The notes under the pieces are model-generated. The model searched no databases. It was not told the origin of the DNA and was given only the letters and a program-made list of their open reading frames with translations. 64,000 nt of DNA from Oscillospiraceae bacterium (lineage in GTDB: Bacteria > Bacillota > Clostridia > Oscillospirales > UBA929): contig JAVBPF010000002.1 in assembly GCA_031549735.1 (NCBI GenBank), forward strand, positions 19,790 to 83,789. Reading direction: 5' to 3'. Below, one piece after another: positions 8,165-16,234 of this stretch. Every line of letters starts with the position of its first letter. The first letter of the stretch is position 1. Made by a program: the position numbers and the translations under genes.

Positions 8165-8493
8165 ACGATTTCCCCCTAGACTGAAGTGTTGTGTTCGTGC
8201 GCTGCCGTGGATGTCAAGCCTCGAGCGCGCCGCGCGGACAGTCGTACTGTTTGCTCCGTGTGTGACTAAACAGTTGGGCTGCGGCCCGCCTTGGTTTAGC
8301 CGCCCACTGCGCTCACTGTACTCCTTGCGCGTCGACTCGGCTCTTCGATGGCAAGCCTCGCGACGGTCGGCGGGCGGTCGTCTTTCGCCCTCCGGCTTTT
8401 GAACCGGTCGCCCCTGCGGGGCGCTGCGCTTCAAAACGCCTGCGGACTCCAAGTCTCCCTGCCGACCTGCTCGGCTCTTCGGGTCTACATAAT

Positions 8494-8522
8494 CAAAAAA
8501 AGCCGGTTGAAAAACCGGCTGG
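8494..8522 (-). terminator. Intrinsic terminator, expression platform of the L-box
   Basis: Minus strand AGCCGGTT-TTTC-AACCGGCT followed by TTTTTTTG (plus-strand arms 8501-8508 / 8513-8520, A-run 8495-8500). Confidence 0.8.
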
Positions 8523-8574
8523 TTTTGTATATAATGTAACGCAATGAGCGAAACCTCATACATACAAAGCACAG

Positions 8575-8745
8575 ATAGCTCTTCATCCAAACGGATGACA
8601 GTCGCTTGGCTGTTGGCCAAACGCCCAGGATCCGTGCGTTCACCGACGTCCGATCCTTCGGCAAGCCTCCCTTTCACGCGATGTCACCGAGCCGGTGAGC
8701 TCTGCATCGCGGTACTGATGAGGGTTGCGCCTCTATCCACAACTA
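8575..8745 (-). promoter_or_regulatory. Lysine riboswitch (L-box) aptamer
   Basis: Minus strand reads GGATAGAGGCGCAACC...GTGAAAGGGAGGCTTGCCGAAGG...GCGACTGTCATCC. This matches the conserved L-box blocks ATAGAGGTGCGAAC / GAAAGGGGAGCGTCGCCGAAG / GGCTGTCA of B. subtilis lysC by eye. It lies upstream of a lysine-pathway operon. Confidence 0.8.
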
Positions 8746-8761
8746 TTCTGTTGTTCTTATT

Positions 8762-8790
8762 ATATTAGCATGGCTCGGACATAGTGTCAA
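8762..8790 (-). promoter_or_regulatory. Sigma-A-type promoter driving the L-box/asd-dapA-dapB transcript
   Basis: Minus strand TTGACA (8785-8790), 17 nt, TAATAT (8762-8767), ~15 nt upstream of the riboswitch P1 region. Confidence 0.6.
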
Positions 8791-8810
8791 TCATTTGTTA
8801 GGAGGTTCCC

Positions 8811-10535
8811 ATGAAAAATTTTAAAAGACGTTTGGCGGCGCGCGTGACCGCCGCTGTGCTGATGATTACCCTGCTCGCCGGGTTTCAGGCGCCCGTCGCC
8901 CGCGCCGCCGTGGAAGCCAATCCGATGATGAAAATCGGTCTGTTCTATGGCGACAACGCGCTGGCCACGGCCAATCTGCAAAACCTCGTGGGCAGCGGCT
9001 ATCAGTTTGGATATTTCACCACCGGCCGCCAGTTCATCCAGACCGGCGCCACCGCGCAGACGGCCATTACCGTAGTGAAGGATCGCAATGTCTATATGAA
9101 GGACGGCGTGTATTACGAATCTTCGGTTACGGGCGGCCTCACCATCGGCTGCTACCACATTGATTTGGGCATCACGTTTGGGTCATCGGCCGCGGCGGTC
9201 AGTCAGGCCAGTGCGCTCCAATCGAGCGGGCTGGCGGCCTATCCGGTGTATGCCAACGGTCAGCACCGTGTGCGCGTGGGGATGTACGCCTCCTCGACCA
9301 TCGCTTCCAACGCCCTGCCGACCGTGAAGGCGCTGGGCTTTTCGTCGGCCGAGGCCATGACCGGCAGCACCAATTGTGTCAGCGTCGTCGTGACCGCTAC
9401 CGGGGCGCCCCTCTATCAATATGACGGCACGCTGGACGAATGCTTTGGCATCAATCCGGTCGCGGCCGCCGGCACCAAGCCGATCACCTGGTTCAAGAGC
9501 TATCGCTACAACGGCATGTTCGAGTATCGCCGGCAGTCGGGCAATAACATGAGCGTCATCAATATTCTGCCGCTGCAAGATTACATCAAGGGTGTCATTC
9601 CCTATGAAATGAGTCCGAGCTGGCCGATCGAGGCGCTGAAGGCACAGGCGCTGTGCGCCAAATCTGAGGCCGTGACCAAAACCAGACACAAGTCGGCCGG
9701 GTTTGATGTCTGCAACACGACCGACTGTCAGGTCTACTACGGCACGGTCAACGCCACCGACAACAGCAACCGCGCCGTCGACGAAACCTACGGCCAGTAT
9801 GTCTACTACAACGGTCAAATCGCCTCGTGCTACTACCATTCCTCCGATGGCGGCTCGACCGAAAGCGCGTTGAACGTCTGGGGGTCCGAAATTGCCTATC
9901 TGCAGGCCGTTACGGACATCTACGAAATTACCGAGAAGTCTCAGTACGGCATCTGGCAGTCGGAATACTCACCGGCCGATGTCAAAAAGGTACTGGCCGA
10001 CAAGGGTGTGACCACCGGTACCATTGTCGATCTCTATGTGGATCAGTTCACCCCGGCCGGTAACGTCTATCGTATTGTGGCGGTGGACAGCGCCGGGAAA
10101 AAGTATACCTATGAGCGGGAACGGGCCCGCACCATTCTCAACAGCTCCTACACCGGCCTGCAGGTGCGCAGTCAGCGTTACACCATCACGCCGGGCGGAA
10201 CAGCCGCCAGCGGGCTTTCGATGATCGCCGCCTCAAGCGGCGGGAGTACGCAAACTTCCACCGTTACGTCGACCAACGGCCTGTATGTCCTCTCGGGCAG
10301 CGGCACAACCGACGCGATAACCTGGCCGCTCAGCGATATTCAGGTGCAGACCGGCTCGGGCGCCGCGTCGCTGACGACCGGCGGAGTCGGTAAAACGGGT
10401 AACTTCGTTATCAGCGGCCGCGGCTGGGGCAACAATGTGGGCATGAGCCAGTACGGCGCGCGAGACATGGCCAACCTGGGCTTCGACCATGAGGACATCA
10501 TTGCGTTCTATTATCAGGGCGTGTATGTGGACTAA
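8811..10535 (+). CDS. SpoIID/LytB domain-containing protein (secreted)
   Basis: Signal peptide (..FQAPVARA/AV); LPLQDYIKGVIPYEM, ALKAQALCAKSEAV, FDVCNTTDCQVYYG, YYHSSDGGSTES, GRGWGNNVGMSQYGA motifs typical of SpoIID-family lytic transglycosylases. Confidence 0.88.
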   Translation: MKNFKRRLAARVTAAVLMITLLAGFQAPVARAAVEANPMMKIGLFYGDNALATANLQNLVGSGYQFGYFTTGRQFIQTGATAQTAITVVKDRNVYMKDGVYYESSVTGGLTIGCYHIDLGITFGSSAAAVSQASALQSSGLAAYPVYANGQHRVRVGMYASSTIASNALPTVKALGFSSAEAMTGSTNCVSVVVTATGAPLYQYDGTLDECFGINPVAAAGTKPITWFKSYRYNGMFEYRRQSGNNMSVINILPLQDYIKGVIPYEMSPSWPIEALKAQALCAKSEAVTKTRHKSAGFDVCNTTDCQVYYGTVNATDNSNRAVDETYGQYVYYNGQIASCYYHSSDGGSTESALNVWGSEIAYLQAVTDIYEITEKSQYGIWQSEYSPADVKKVLADKGVTTGTIVDLYVDQFTPAGNVYRIVAVDSAGKKYTYERERARTILNSSYTGLQVRSQRYTITPGGTAASGLSMIAASSGGSTQTSTVTSTNGLYVLSGSGTTDAITWPLSDIQVQTGSGAASLTTGGVGKTGNFVISGRGWGNNVGMSQYGARDMANLGFDHEDIIAFYYQGVYVD

Positions 10536-10622
10536 GCATTTGCTAATCCATATGGGGTAGTGAGACATTGAATTTGAAAATACGTGCGCCCGCACAGAAG
10601 AAAGGTTCGTTGCAAGCTGTCT

Positions 10623-11639
10623 ATGAGAACATCTGACTTCTATTACGACCTGCCCGAGGAGCTGATCGCCCAGACGCCGCTTGCGCGACGGGACGCGTCA
10701 CGGCTGATGACGCTGGACAGAGCCACCGGACAGGTCGGACATCATGTGTTCCAAGAACTGCCGCATCTTCTGCGGCCCGGAGACCTGGTCGTGTACAACG
10801 ACTCCCGGGTGCTTAAGGCGCGGCTGTTTGGTGTGGGAGAGACGGGCAGCGCCGTCGAAACGCTACTGCTGCGCGACTTGGGAGATAACCTCTGGGAGTG
10901 CCTGGTGAGACCGGGCAAAAGGGCACGACCGGGGCATCGGATCGTCTATGGCAACGGGGTTATGACGGGGGAAATCGAGGGGGAGACCGAAACCGGAAAC
11001 CGTCTCATCCGTTTTTGCTACGACGGCATCTTTCTGGAGCGGCTGGACGAACTGGGAGAAATGCCTTTGCCGCCCTATATCAAGGGGCGTTTGAGCGATC
11101 CGGAGCGCTATCAGACCATCTTCGCCTGCACTCCCGGGTCGGCCGCCGCGCCGACAGCCGGGCTACACTTCACGCCCGAAGTGCGTTCCGCCCTGTTGGA
11201 AAGCGGCGTCGGTGTAAAGCCGGTCACTCTGCACGTAGGGCTTGGGACGTTCCGGCCTGTAAAGGCAGACGACATTACAGACCATATCATGCACGCCGAG
11301 TGGGCGGAACTGCCCGCCGAAACGGCGGAGGCCATGGCGGAGACAAAAAAAGCGGGCGGACGTGTCGTCGCTGTGGGCACCACGGTCTGCCGCACGCTGG
11401 AATCGGCGGCGCAAAAGGGGATGGATAGCGGCTCGTTTTGGACAGACATTTTTATCACCCCCGGATATACCTTCCAGGCCATCGACGGGCTCATCACCAA
11501 TTTCCACCTGCCCTGCAGTACACTCATTATGCTGGTGTCAGCATTGGGCGGACGGGAACCGGTATTGGCGGCCTATGCAGAGGCCATCCGTGAGCGGTAT
11601 CGTTTCTTCAGCTTCGGCGACGCCATGCTGATTGTATAG
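10623..11639 (+). CDS. queA: S-adenosylmethionine:tRNA ribosyltransferase-isomerase
   Basis: Start at ATG 10623 (MRTSDFYYDLPEELIAQTP); PLPPYI, AAPTAGLHFT, GTTxxRxLES motifs. Confidence 0.93.
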   Translation: MRTSDFYYDLPEELIAQTPLARRDASRLMTLDRATGQVGHHVFQELPHLLRPGDLVVYNDSRVLKARLFGVGETGSAVETLLLRDLGDNLWECLVRPGKRARPGHRIVYGNGVMTGEIEGETETGNRLIRFCYDGIFLERLDELGEMPLPPYIKGRLSDPERYQTIFACTPGSAAAPTAGLHFTPEVRSALLESGVGVKPVTLHVGLGTFRPVKADDITDHIMHAEWAELPAETAEAMAETKKAGGRVVAVGTTVCRTLESAAQKGMDSGSFWTDIFITPGYTFQAIDGLITNFHLPCSTLIMLVSALGGREPVLAAYAEAIRERYRFFSFGDAMLIV

Positions 11640-11733
11640 TAAAACTACTTGCCCGGATAAAATGTTGAAATACACAATACGAGCAGGAGCCGAACGTGCT
11701 CTAAGAATACGATGGTCAACTTGGAGGGAAGGA

Positions 11734-12858
11734 ATGTTTACTATAAACGGCACCGACGGCGCGGCGCGGCGCGGTTCCTTTATCACGCCGCACGGTGTTA
11801 TTGAGACGCCGGTGTTCATGAATGTTGCCACGCAGGCGGCCATCAAGGGCGGCGTGTCTGCTCTCGATTTGCTGGACATCCACTGCCAGACCGCCCTCTG
11901 CAACACGTACCACCTGCACCTGCGTCCCGGTGAGGATGTGGTGGCCGAACTGGGCGGACTGCACGGTTTTATGCGCTATCCGGGGCCCATTCTGACCGAC
12001 AGCGGTGGATTTCAGGTTTTCTCCCTGTCCGGCCTGCGCAAGATCTCCGAGGAGGGCGTCCTGTTTGCATCGCATCTGGACGGTCGTCGCATTTTGATGA
12101 CACCTGAATCATCGATGATGATTCAGGGAAAACTGGGCTCAGACATCGCGATGGCCTTCGATGAGTGCTTCGAAAACCCGGCCACGCATGATTATGCTGC
12201 TGCGTCCATTGAACGGACGACGCGCTGGCTGACGCGCTGCCGGGACGCTTGGCTTTTGGGGCGAGATGGGTCAACCAATCCGGGGCAGGTGCTGTTCGGA
12301 ATCAATCAGGGTGGCGTTTACAATGACCTACGCGCAAGGCATATGACGGCCATTGCGGCGCTCGATTTGCCTGGCTATGCCATTGGCGGGTTGGCCGTGG
12401 GGGAGAGCGCGCAGCAACGCGAGGATGTGCTTCGGCACCTGTTGCCTCTGATGCCGATTGACAAACCGCGGTATCTGATGGGAGTGGGCAAGCCGGGCGA
12501 CATTTTGCTGGCCATTGCGCTGGGCGTCGATTTTTTCGATTGTGTGCTTCCGGCGCGCAACGCCCGGCACGGTCATGTCTATACCCGGCAGGGCTGCCTC
12601 AACCTGAAAAACGAAAAGCACAAGCAGTCGGAGCTGCCTATTGACACTGAGTGCCATTGCCCAACCTGTACCCATTTTTCGCGCGCCTACCTGCGTCATC
12701 TGCTGGCGGCCGGTGAAGTGCTGGCGCTGCGGTTGTGCGTGCTGCACAACCTCTATTTTTACAATACGATGATGGAGCAGGTGAGGCAGGCCATTGAAGA
12801 AAAACGATTAATGACCTATTTTTGGGAGAATGCCGAGCGGTTTGACCGCCGGATTTGA
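11734..12858 (+). CDS. tgt: Queuine tRNA-ribosyltransferase
   Basis: Start at ATG 11734 after GGAGGGA (MFTINGTDGAARRGSFITPHGVIETPVFM); TDSGGFQV, DEC, zinc motif CHCPTC..H. Confidence 0.93.
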   Translation: MFTINGTDGAARRGSFITPHGVIETPVFMNVATQAAIKGGVSALDLLDIHCQTALCNTYHLHLRPGEDVVAELGGLHGFMRYPGPILTDSGGFQVFSLSGLRKISEEGVLFASHLDGRRILMTPESSMMIQGKLGSDIAMAFDECFENPATHDYAAASIERTTRWLTRCRDAWLLGRDGSTNPGQVLFGINQGGVYNDLRARHMTAIAALDLPGYAIGGLAVGESAQQREDVLRHLLPLMPIDKPRYLMGVGKPGDILLAIALGVDFFDCVLPARNARHGHVYTRQGCLNLKNEKHKQSELPIDTECHCPTCTHFSRAYLRHLLAAGEVLALRLCVLHNLYFYNTMMEQVRQAIEEKRLMTYFWENAERFDRRI

Positions 12859-12968
12859 CCGCGAGAATCATAGAGAACCCCGGATTGTCACCTCTGTTTC
12901 GGGATGTGGACGCGTCCGGAGTTCGTCCGCTCTTTTCCCCATTTTTAGTCCGTCTCCCGATTTCGTCA

Positions 12969-12997
12969 TTTACAAAGCGGATGTCGTATAGTAAAAT
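12969..12997 (+). promoter_or_regulatory. Sigma-A-type promoter ahead of the Na/Pi cotransporter gene
   Basis: TTTACA (12969-12974), 17 nt, TAAAAT (12992-12997). Confidence 0.45.
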
Positions 12998-13088
12998 ACA
13001 CTGGGCTTTTGCAGGGGATTCTGTCGATGTGGCACATAGGCCAGAGGCATCGATGGTCCGGACAACGGTTACCGGGGGAGGGCGCTTC

Positions 13089-14867
13089 ATGACAATCTTC
13101 AACATCATCACTCTGATGGGTGGCGTGGCGTTATTCCTTTTTGGCATGAGTTTTTTGGGCACTGGCCTGGAAAAAATGTCGGGCGGTCGGCTTGAAACCG
13201 TCCTGGAACGCATGACCGGCAACGTCTTTAAGGGTGTTTTGCTGGGTGCGGGCGTGACCGCGGTCATCCAGAGTTCTTCCGCAACCACCGTCATGGTCGT
13301 TGGTTTTGTCAACGCGGGCATTATGAAGCTGGCTCAGACGGTCGGCATTATTTTCGGTGCCAACATCGGCACGACCGTTACGTCGCAAATTCTGTCTCTG
13401 GGCGACATCGACAGCAGTCAAGTCGCCTGGCTTGCCTTGTTTAAACCCACGACGTGGGGTCCGATCATCTGTGTCATTGGCGTCGTTCTCTACATGTTTA
13501 CCAAGCGGGATCGCAAGCGGAGCATCGGGCAGATTTTGCTGGGGCTGGGTGTTCTTTTTGCCGGTATGAATATTATGGAAATGGCGGTGACTCCGCTCGG
13601 TTCCGACCCCGGGTTCGCCAAGCTGTTCACCATGTTCTCCAACCCGCTGCTCGGTTTGTTGGCCGGTATGCTGGTGACCGCCATCATTCAGAGCTCTTCC
13701 GCCTCTGTGGGTATTTTGCAGGCGCTCAGTGCCACTGGCGCCATTCCGTTTTCGGCCGCGGCGCCCATCATCCTGGGTCAGAATATCGGTACCTGCATTA
13801 CGGCGCTTTTGGCCAGTGTCGGCGCCAGCAGAAACGCCAAACGCGCCGCGATGATCCACCTGTATTTCAATGTCATCGGTTCTCTGGTCTTTCTGGGGGC
13901 GCTGTATGCCATCAACGGTCTGTTCCACTTATCCTTCTGGGACGACATCGTCAACCGGAGCATGATTGCCAACTTTCATCTGGTTTTCAACAGCGCCTGT
14001 GTGCTTTTTCTGCTACCCTTCAACAAACTGCTTGTCCGGCTGGCCGAGAAGACCATCCCCGACAAAGGGGATAAGCTGGTTGAAATCAGCGTTTTGGATG
14101 ATCGCTTCCTGCAGACGCCCGCTTTGGCGCTTGAGAAGGCCAGAGAGATGACGGTGCAGCTGGCTCGCTACAGTCTGGATAACTATCGGCGCTCCGTTGC
14201 CCTGTTGGAAAACTACGAAGAAAGAAAGCAGGATCAGCTCAACGAAGTGGAAAATGTCATGGATCGCATGGAGGCGCGGCTGGACAATTATCTGGTGCAG
14301 CTCACCAAGCGCACCTTGATGAGTGATGAGAGCTTCTCCATCAGCGAGCTGTTGCGCGCCATCGGCGACTTTGAACGGATCGGCGACTATGCCATCAACC
14401 TCTCGGAAGCGGCTGAAAACATCTTCCGCAAGGAACTATCCTTCTCGGATCATGCCAAGGCTGAGCTGAAGATCATCACCGATGCGGTCGGGGAGATTCT
14501 GGCCAACACGGTCGTCTGCTTTGAGGGCGGCAACTACGAAAAGGCCATGGAGATTGAGCCGCTGGAGCAGGTCATCGACCGAATGCAGGAGCTGCTGCGG
14601 GACAAGCATATTGAGCGACTCAAGAACGGATCCTGCTCGGTTGAGAGCGGCGCGCAGTTCCTTGAACTGCTGATCAATTTGGAGCGTATCTCCGACCACT
14701 GCTCCAACGTAGCCGTCTATGTCATCCAGCGCCGCGAGTTTTCCAAACGGGTGCCGGCGTCTCTCGATCCTCACGAATTTCTGCGCGAACTCCATGAGGG
14801 CAGCAGCGATACCTATATAGCGTCTTACCAGCACTATAAGGCGAAGTATTACGAGGCCTTGCGCTGA
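13089..14867 (+). CDS. Na/Pi cotransporter family protein with C-terminal PhoU-like repeats
   Basis: Start at ATG 13089 after GGGGGAGGG (MTIFNIITLMGGVALFLFGM). Duplicated QSSSA(T/S) transporter motifs are present. C-terminal soluble part has two E..ERI(G/S)D(Y/H) PhoU-type repeats. Confidence 0.88.
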   Translation: MTIFNIITLMGGVALFLFGMSFLGTGLEKMSGGRLETVLERMTGNVFKGVLLGAGVTAVIQSSSATTVMVVGFVNAGIMKLAQTVGIIFGANIGTTVTSQILSLGDIDSSQVAWLALFKPTTWGPIICVIGVVLYMFTKRDRKRSIGQILLGLGVLFAGMNIMEMAVTPLGSDPGFAKLFTMFSNPLLGLLAGMLVTAIIQSSSASVGILQALSATGAIPFSAAAPIILGQNIGTCITALLASVGASRNAKRAAMIHLYFNVIGSLVFLGALYAINGLFHLSFWDDIVNRSMIANFHLVFNSACVLFLLPFNKLLVRLAEKTIPDKGDKLVEISVLDDRFLQTPALALEKAREMTVQLARYSLDNYRRSVALLENYEERKQDQLNEVENVMDRMEARLDNYLVQLTKRTLMSDESFSISELLRAIGDFERIGDYAINLSEAAENIFRKELSFSDHAKAELKIITDAVGEILANTVVCFEGGNYEKAMEIEPLEQVIDRMQELLRDKHIERLKNGSCSVESGAQFLELLINLERISDHCSNVAVYVIQRREFSKRVPASLDPHEFLRELHEGSSDTYIASYQHYKAKYYEALR

Positions 14868-14982
14868 AGGGTGGCCGGTGATATCTGTCCAGCGCGATTT
14901 TCTGCGGGATCGGCCGCTTTTTCGCTTGCATTTTTGCGGAGAAACACATATAATAAGCAAAATCATTTGCGGGAGGACAATC

Positions 14983-15336
14983 ATGTTTCAGAAATTCTTT
15001 ACCCTTTGGGCGACAACCGCGCCCGACGCAGCTGGCGACGGCGCCGCGGCCAACGACGGGAACGCCATGATTTTCAATCTGGTATTCATCGTGGCCATCG
15101 TCGCTGTGTTTTACTTCTTCATCATCCGGCCCGAGAGCAAGCGCAAAAAAGCGGCGGAAAAGATGAGAAATGAGCTGGTGGTCGGCGATGAGATTACCAC
15201 GACCAGCGGCATCATTGGTCGACTCGTACAGTTTGGCGACGATTTCATCGTTCTGGAAACCGGAAATGAACGCAACCAGATTAAGATGGTGCGTCAGGCC
15301 ATCGCGTCCAAGGTATCACAGAGCTCGCAGAAGTAA
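14983..15336 (+). CDS. yajC: Preprotein translocase subunit YajC
   Basis: Start at ATG 14983 after GGGAGGA; single TM then FFIIRPESKRKK..L.VGDEITTTSGIIG..V motif; classic position after queA-tgt. Confidence 0.85.
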   Translation: MFQKFFTLWATTAPDAAGDGAAANDGNAMIFNLVFIVAIVAVFYFFIIRPESKRKKAAEKMRNELVVGDEITTTSGIIGRLVQFGDDFIVLETGNERNQIKMVRQAIASKVSQSSQK

Positions 15337-15451
15337 TTTCGTTTGCGGCATTGATTTGTGACGGTTATACCCCCTGTCCCTTCCGCATAGAATGTGTTGT
15401 CCACCGGGTTTGTCTTTCCCGGTTTGACACAGGTGATGAGGAGGGGTTCAT

Positions 15452-15862
15452 ATGACCGGTCACGAGGATTCGGCAGCTCTGCCCAAGGGCATTGTTCCCA
15501 AGCTGTTGCTTCGGCTGTTGTTCAGTCTCGCGCTTTCCCTGCTTTTGCTGTTGACCGCCGCGTTTTTTGTCTCGGGCGGCACATTGCCCGGCAGCGTTAT
15601 GCACGGGGCGCCGATTCTGGCCGCGGCGGTTGGTGCGTTTTATGCCGGGTTCACCGCGTTTCGCTGTCTGAAAAGCCGCGCGCTTGTGATTGGATTGGCG
15701 GCGGGGCTGATTTATTTCCTGTTGTTGTTTGTCTTGGGCGCGCTTTTCTTCTCGCACTGGGGTTCTGGCGACAGTACGCTTGTTGTGTTGCTGGTCTCGC
15801 TCGGCACGGCGGCGCTGGGGGCCGTTTTGGCGGCGTCCGGCAAGAAAAAGCGCCACAGTTAG
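15452..15862 (+). CDS. Small integral membrane protein (YrzE/TIGR04086-like)
   Basis: 136 aa, four hydrophobic helices, GAGGAGGGG before the ATG, position after yajC as in Bacillus yrzE. Confidence 0.65.
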   Translation: MTGHEDSAALPKGIVPKLLLRLLFSLALSLLLLLTAAFFVSGGTLPGSVMHGAPILAAAVGAFYAGFTAFRCLKSRALVIGLAAGLIYFLLLFVLGALFFSHWGSGDSTLVVLLVSLGTAALGAVLAASGKKKRHS

Positions 15863-15922
15863 CGCAAAATCTACGGCCGGACGAGGCTTTTCGAATTTTA
15901 CATATGCTAAGGAGAATGTGAA

Positions 15923-16105
15923 ATGGTACACATCAAAACACTGCAGCAGGCCACGCTGAAATCCACGGTGCAAAAGGGCGGATGCGGCGAGTGTCAGACC
16001 TCCTGCCAGTCGGCCTGCAAAACATCCTGCACTTTGGCCAATCAGACTTGCGAGCAGTTGAATCCCAAAGACAAGCCGTTTGTGAAGGCATCTGCGCAGA
16101 AGTAA
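15923..16105 (+). CDS. scfA: Six-cysteine peptide SCIFF (ranthipeptide precursor)
   Basis: MVHIKTLQQATLKSTVQKGGCGECQTSCQSACKTSCTLANQTCE matches the highly conserved SCIFF core GGCGECQTSCQSACKTSC. AAGGAGA precedes the ATG. The gene is followed by the cognate radical SAM gene. Confidence 0.92.
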   Translation: MVHIKTLQQATLKSTVQKGGCGECQTSCQSACKTSCTLANQTCEQLNPKDKPFVKASAQK

Positions 16106-16119
16106 TAAGGAATCCCTTC

Positions 16120-16189
16120 GCAAAAGCGCTTTTGCCTTCGGACAAAACCCAATACGAATTGCGACGCAGGGCGGCCACATTGGGCCGCC
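16120..16189 (+). promoter_or_regulatory. Two intercistronic hairpins between scfA and scfB (possible attenuator)
   Basis: Perfect palindrome GCAAAAGC/GCTTTTGC (16120-16135); GGCGGCC (16170-16176) / GGCCGCC (16183-16189) with 6-nt loop. Confidence 0.4.
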
Positions 16190-16234
16190 TCTACGTTTGC
16201 CCATTTTGCCGTTCGCGGGCGAGGAGGAACACAC

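Noticed and set aside
8212-8217. TTGACA hexamer inside the asd leader as a possible internal promoter
   Set aside because: No acceptable -10 hexamer lies 16-18 nt downstream on the minus strand (ACACAA).
8165-8677. In-frame 171-codon N-terminal extension of asd in the ORF track (530-aa ORF)
   Set aside because: The extension runs through the L-box aptamer and its terminator. The canonical Asd N-terminus MRQFKVGIVGATGMVGQ with an RBS begins at 8164, so the upstream open frame is a coincidence of GC-rich sequence.
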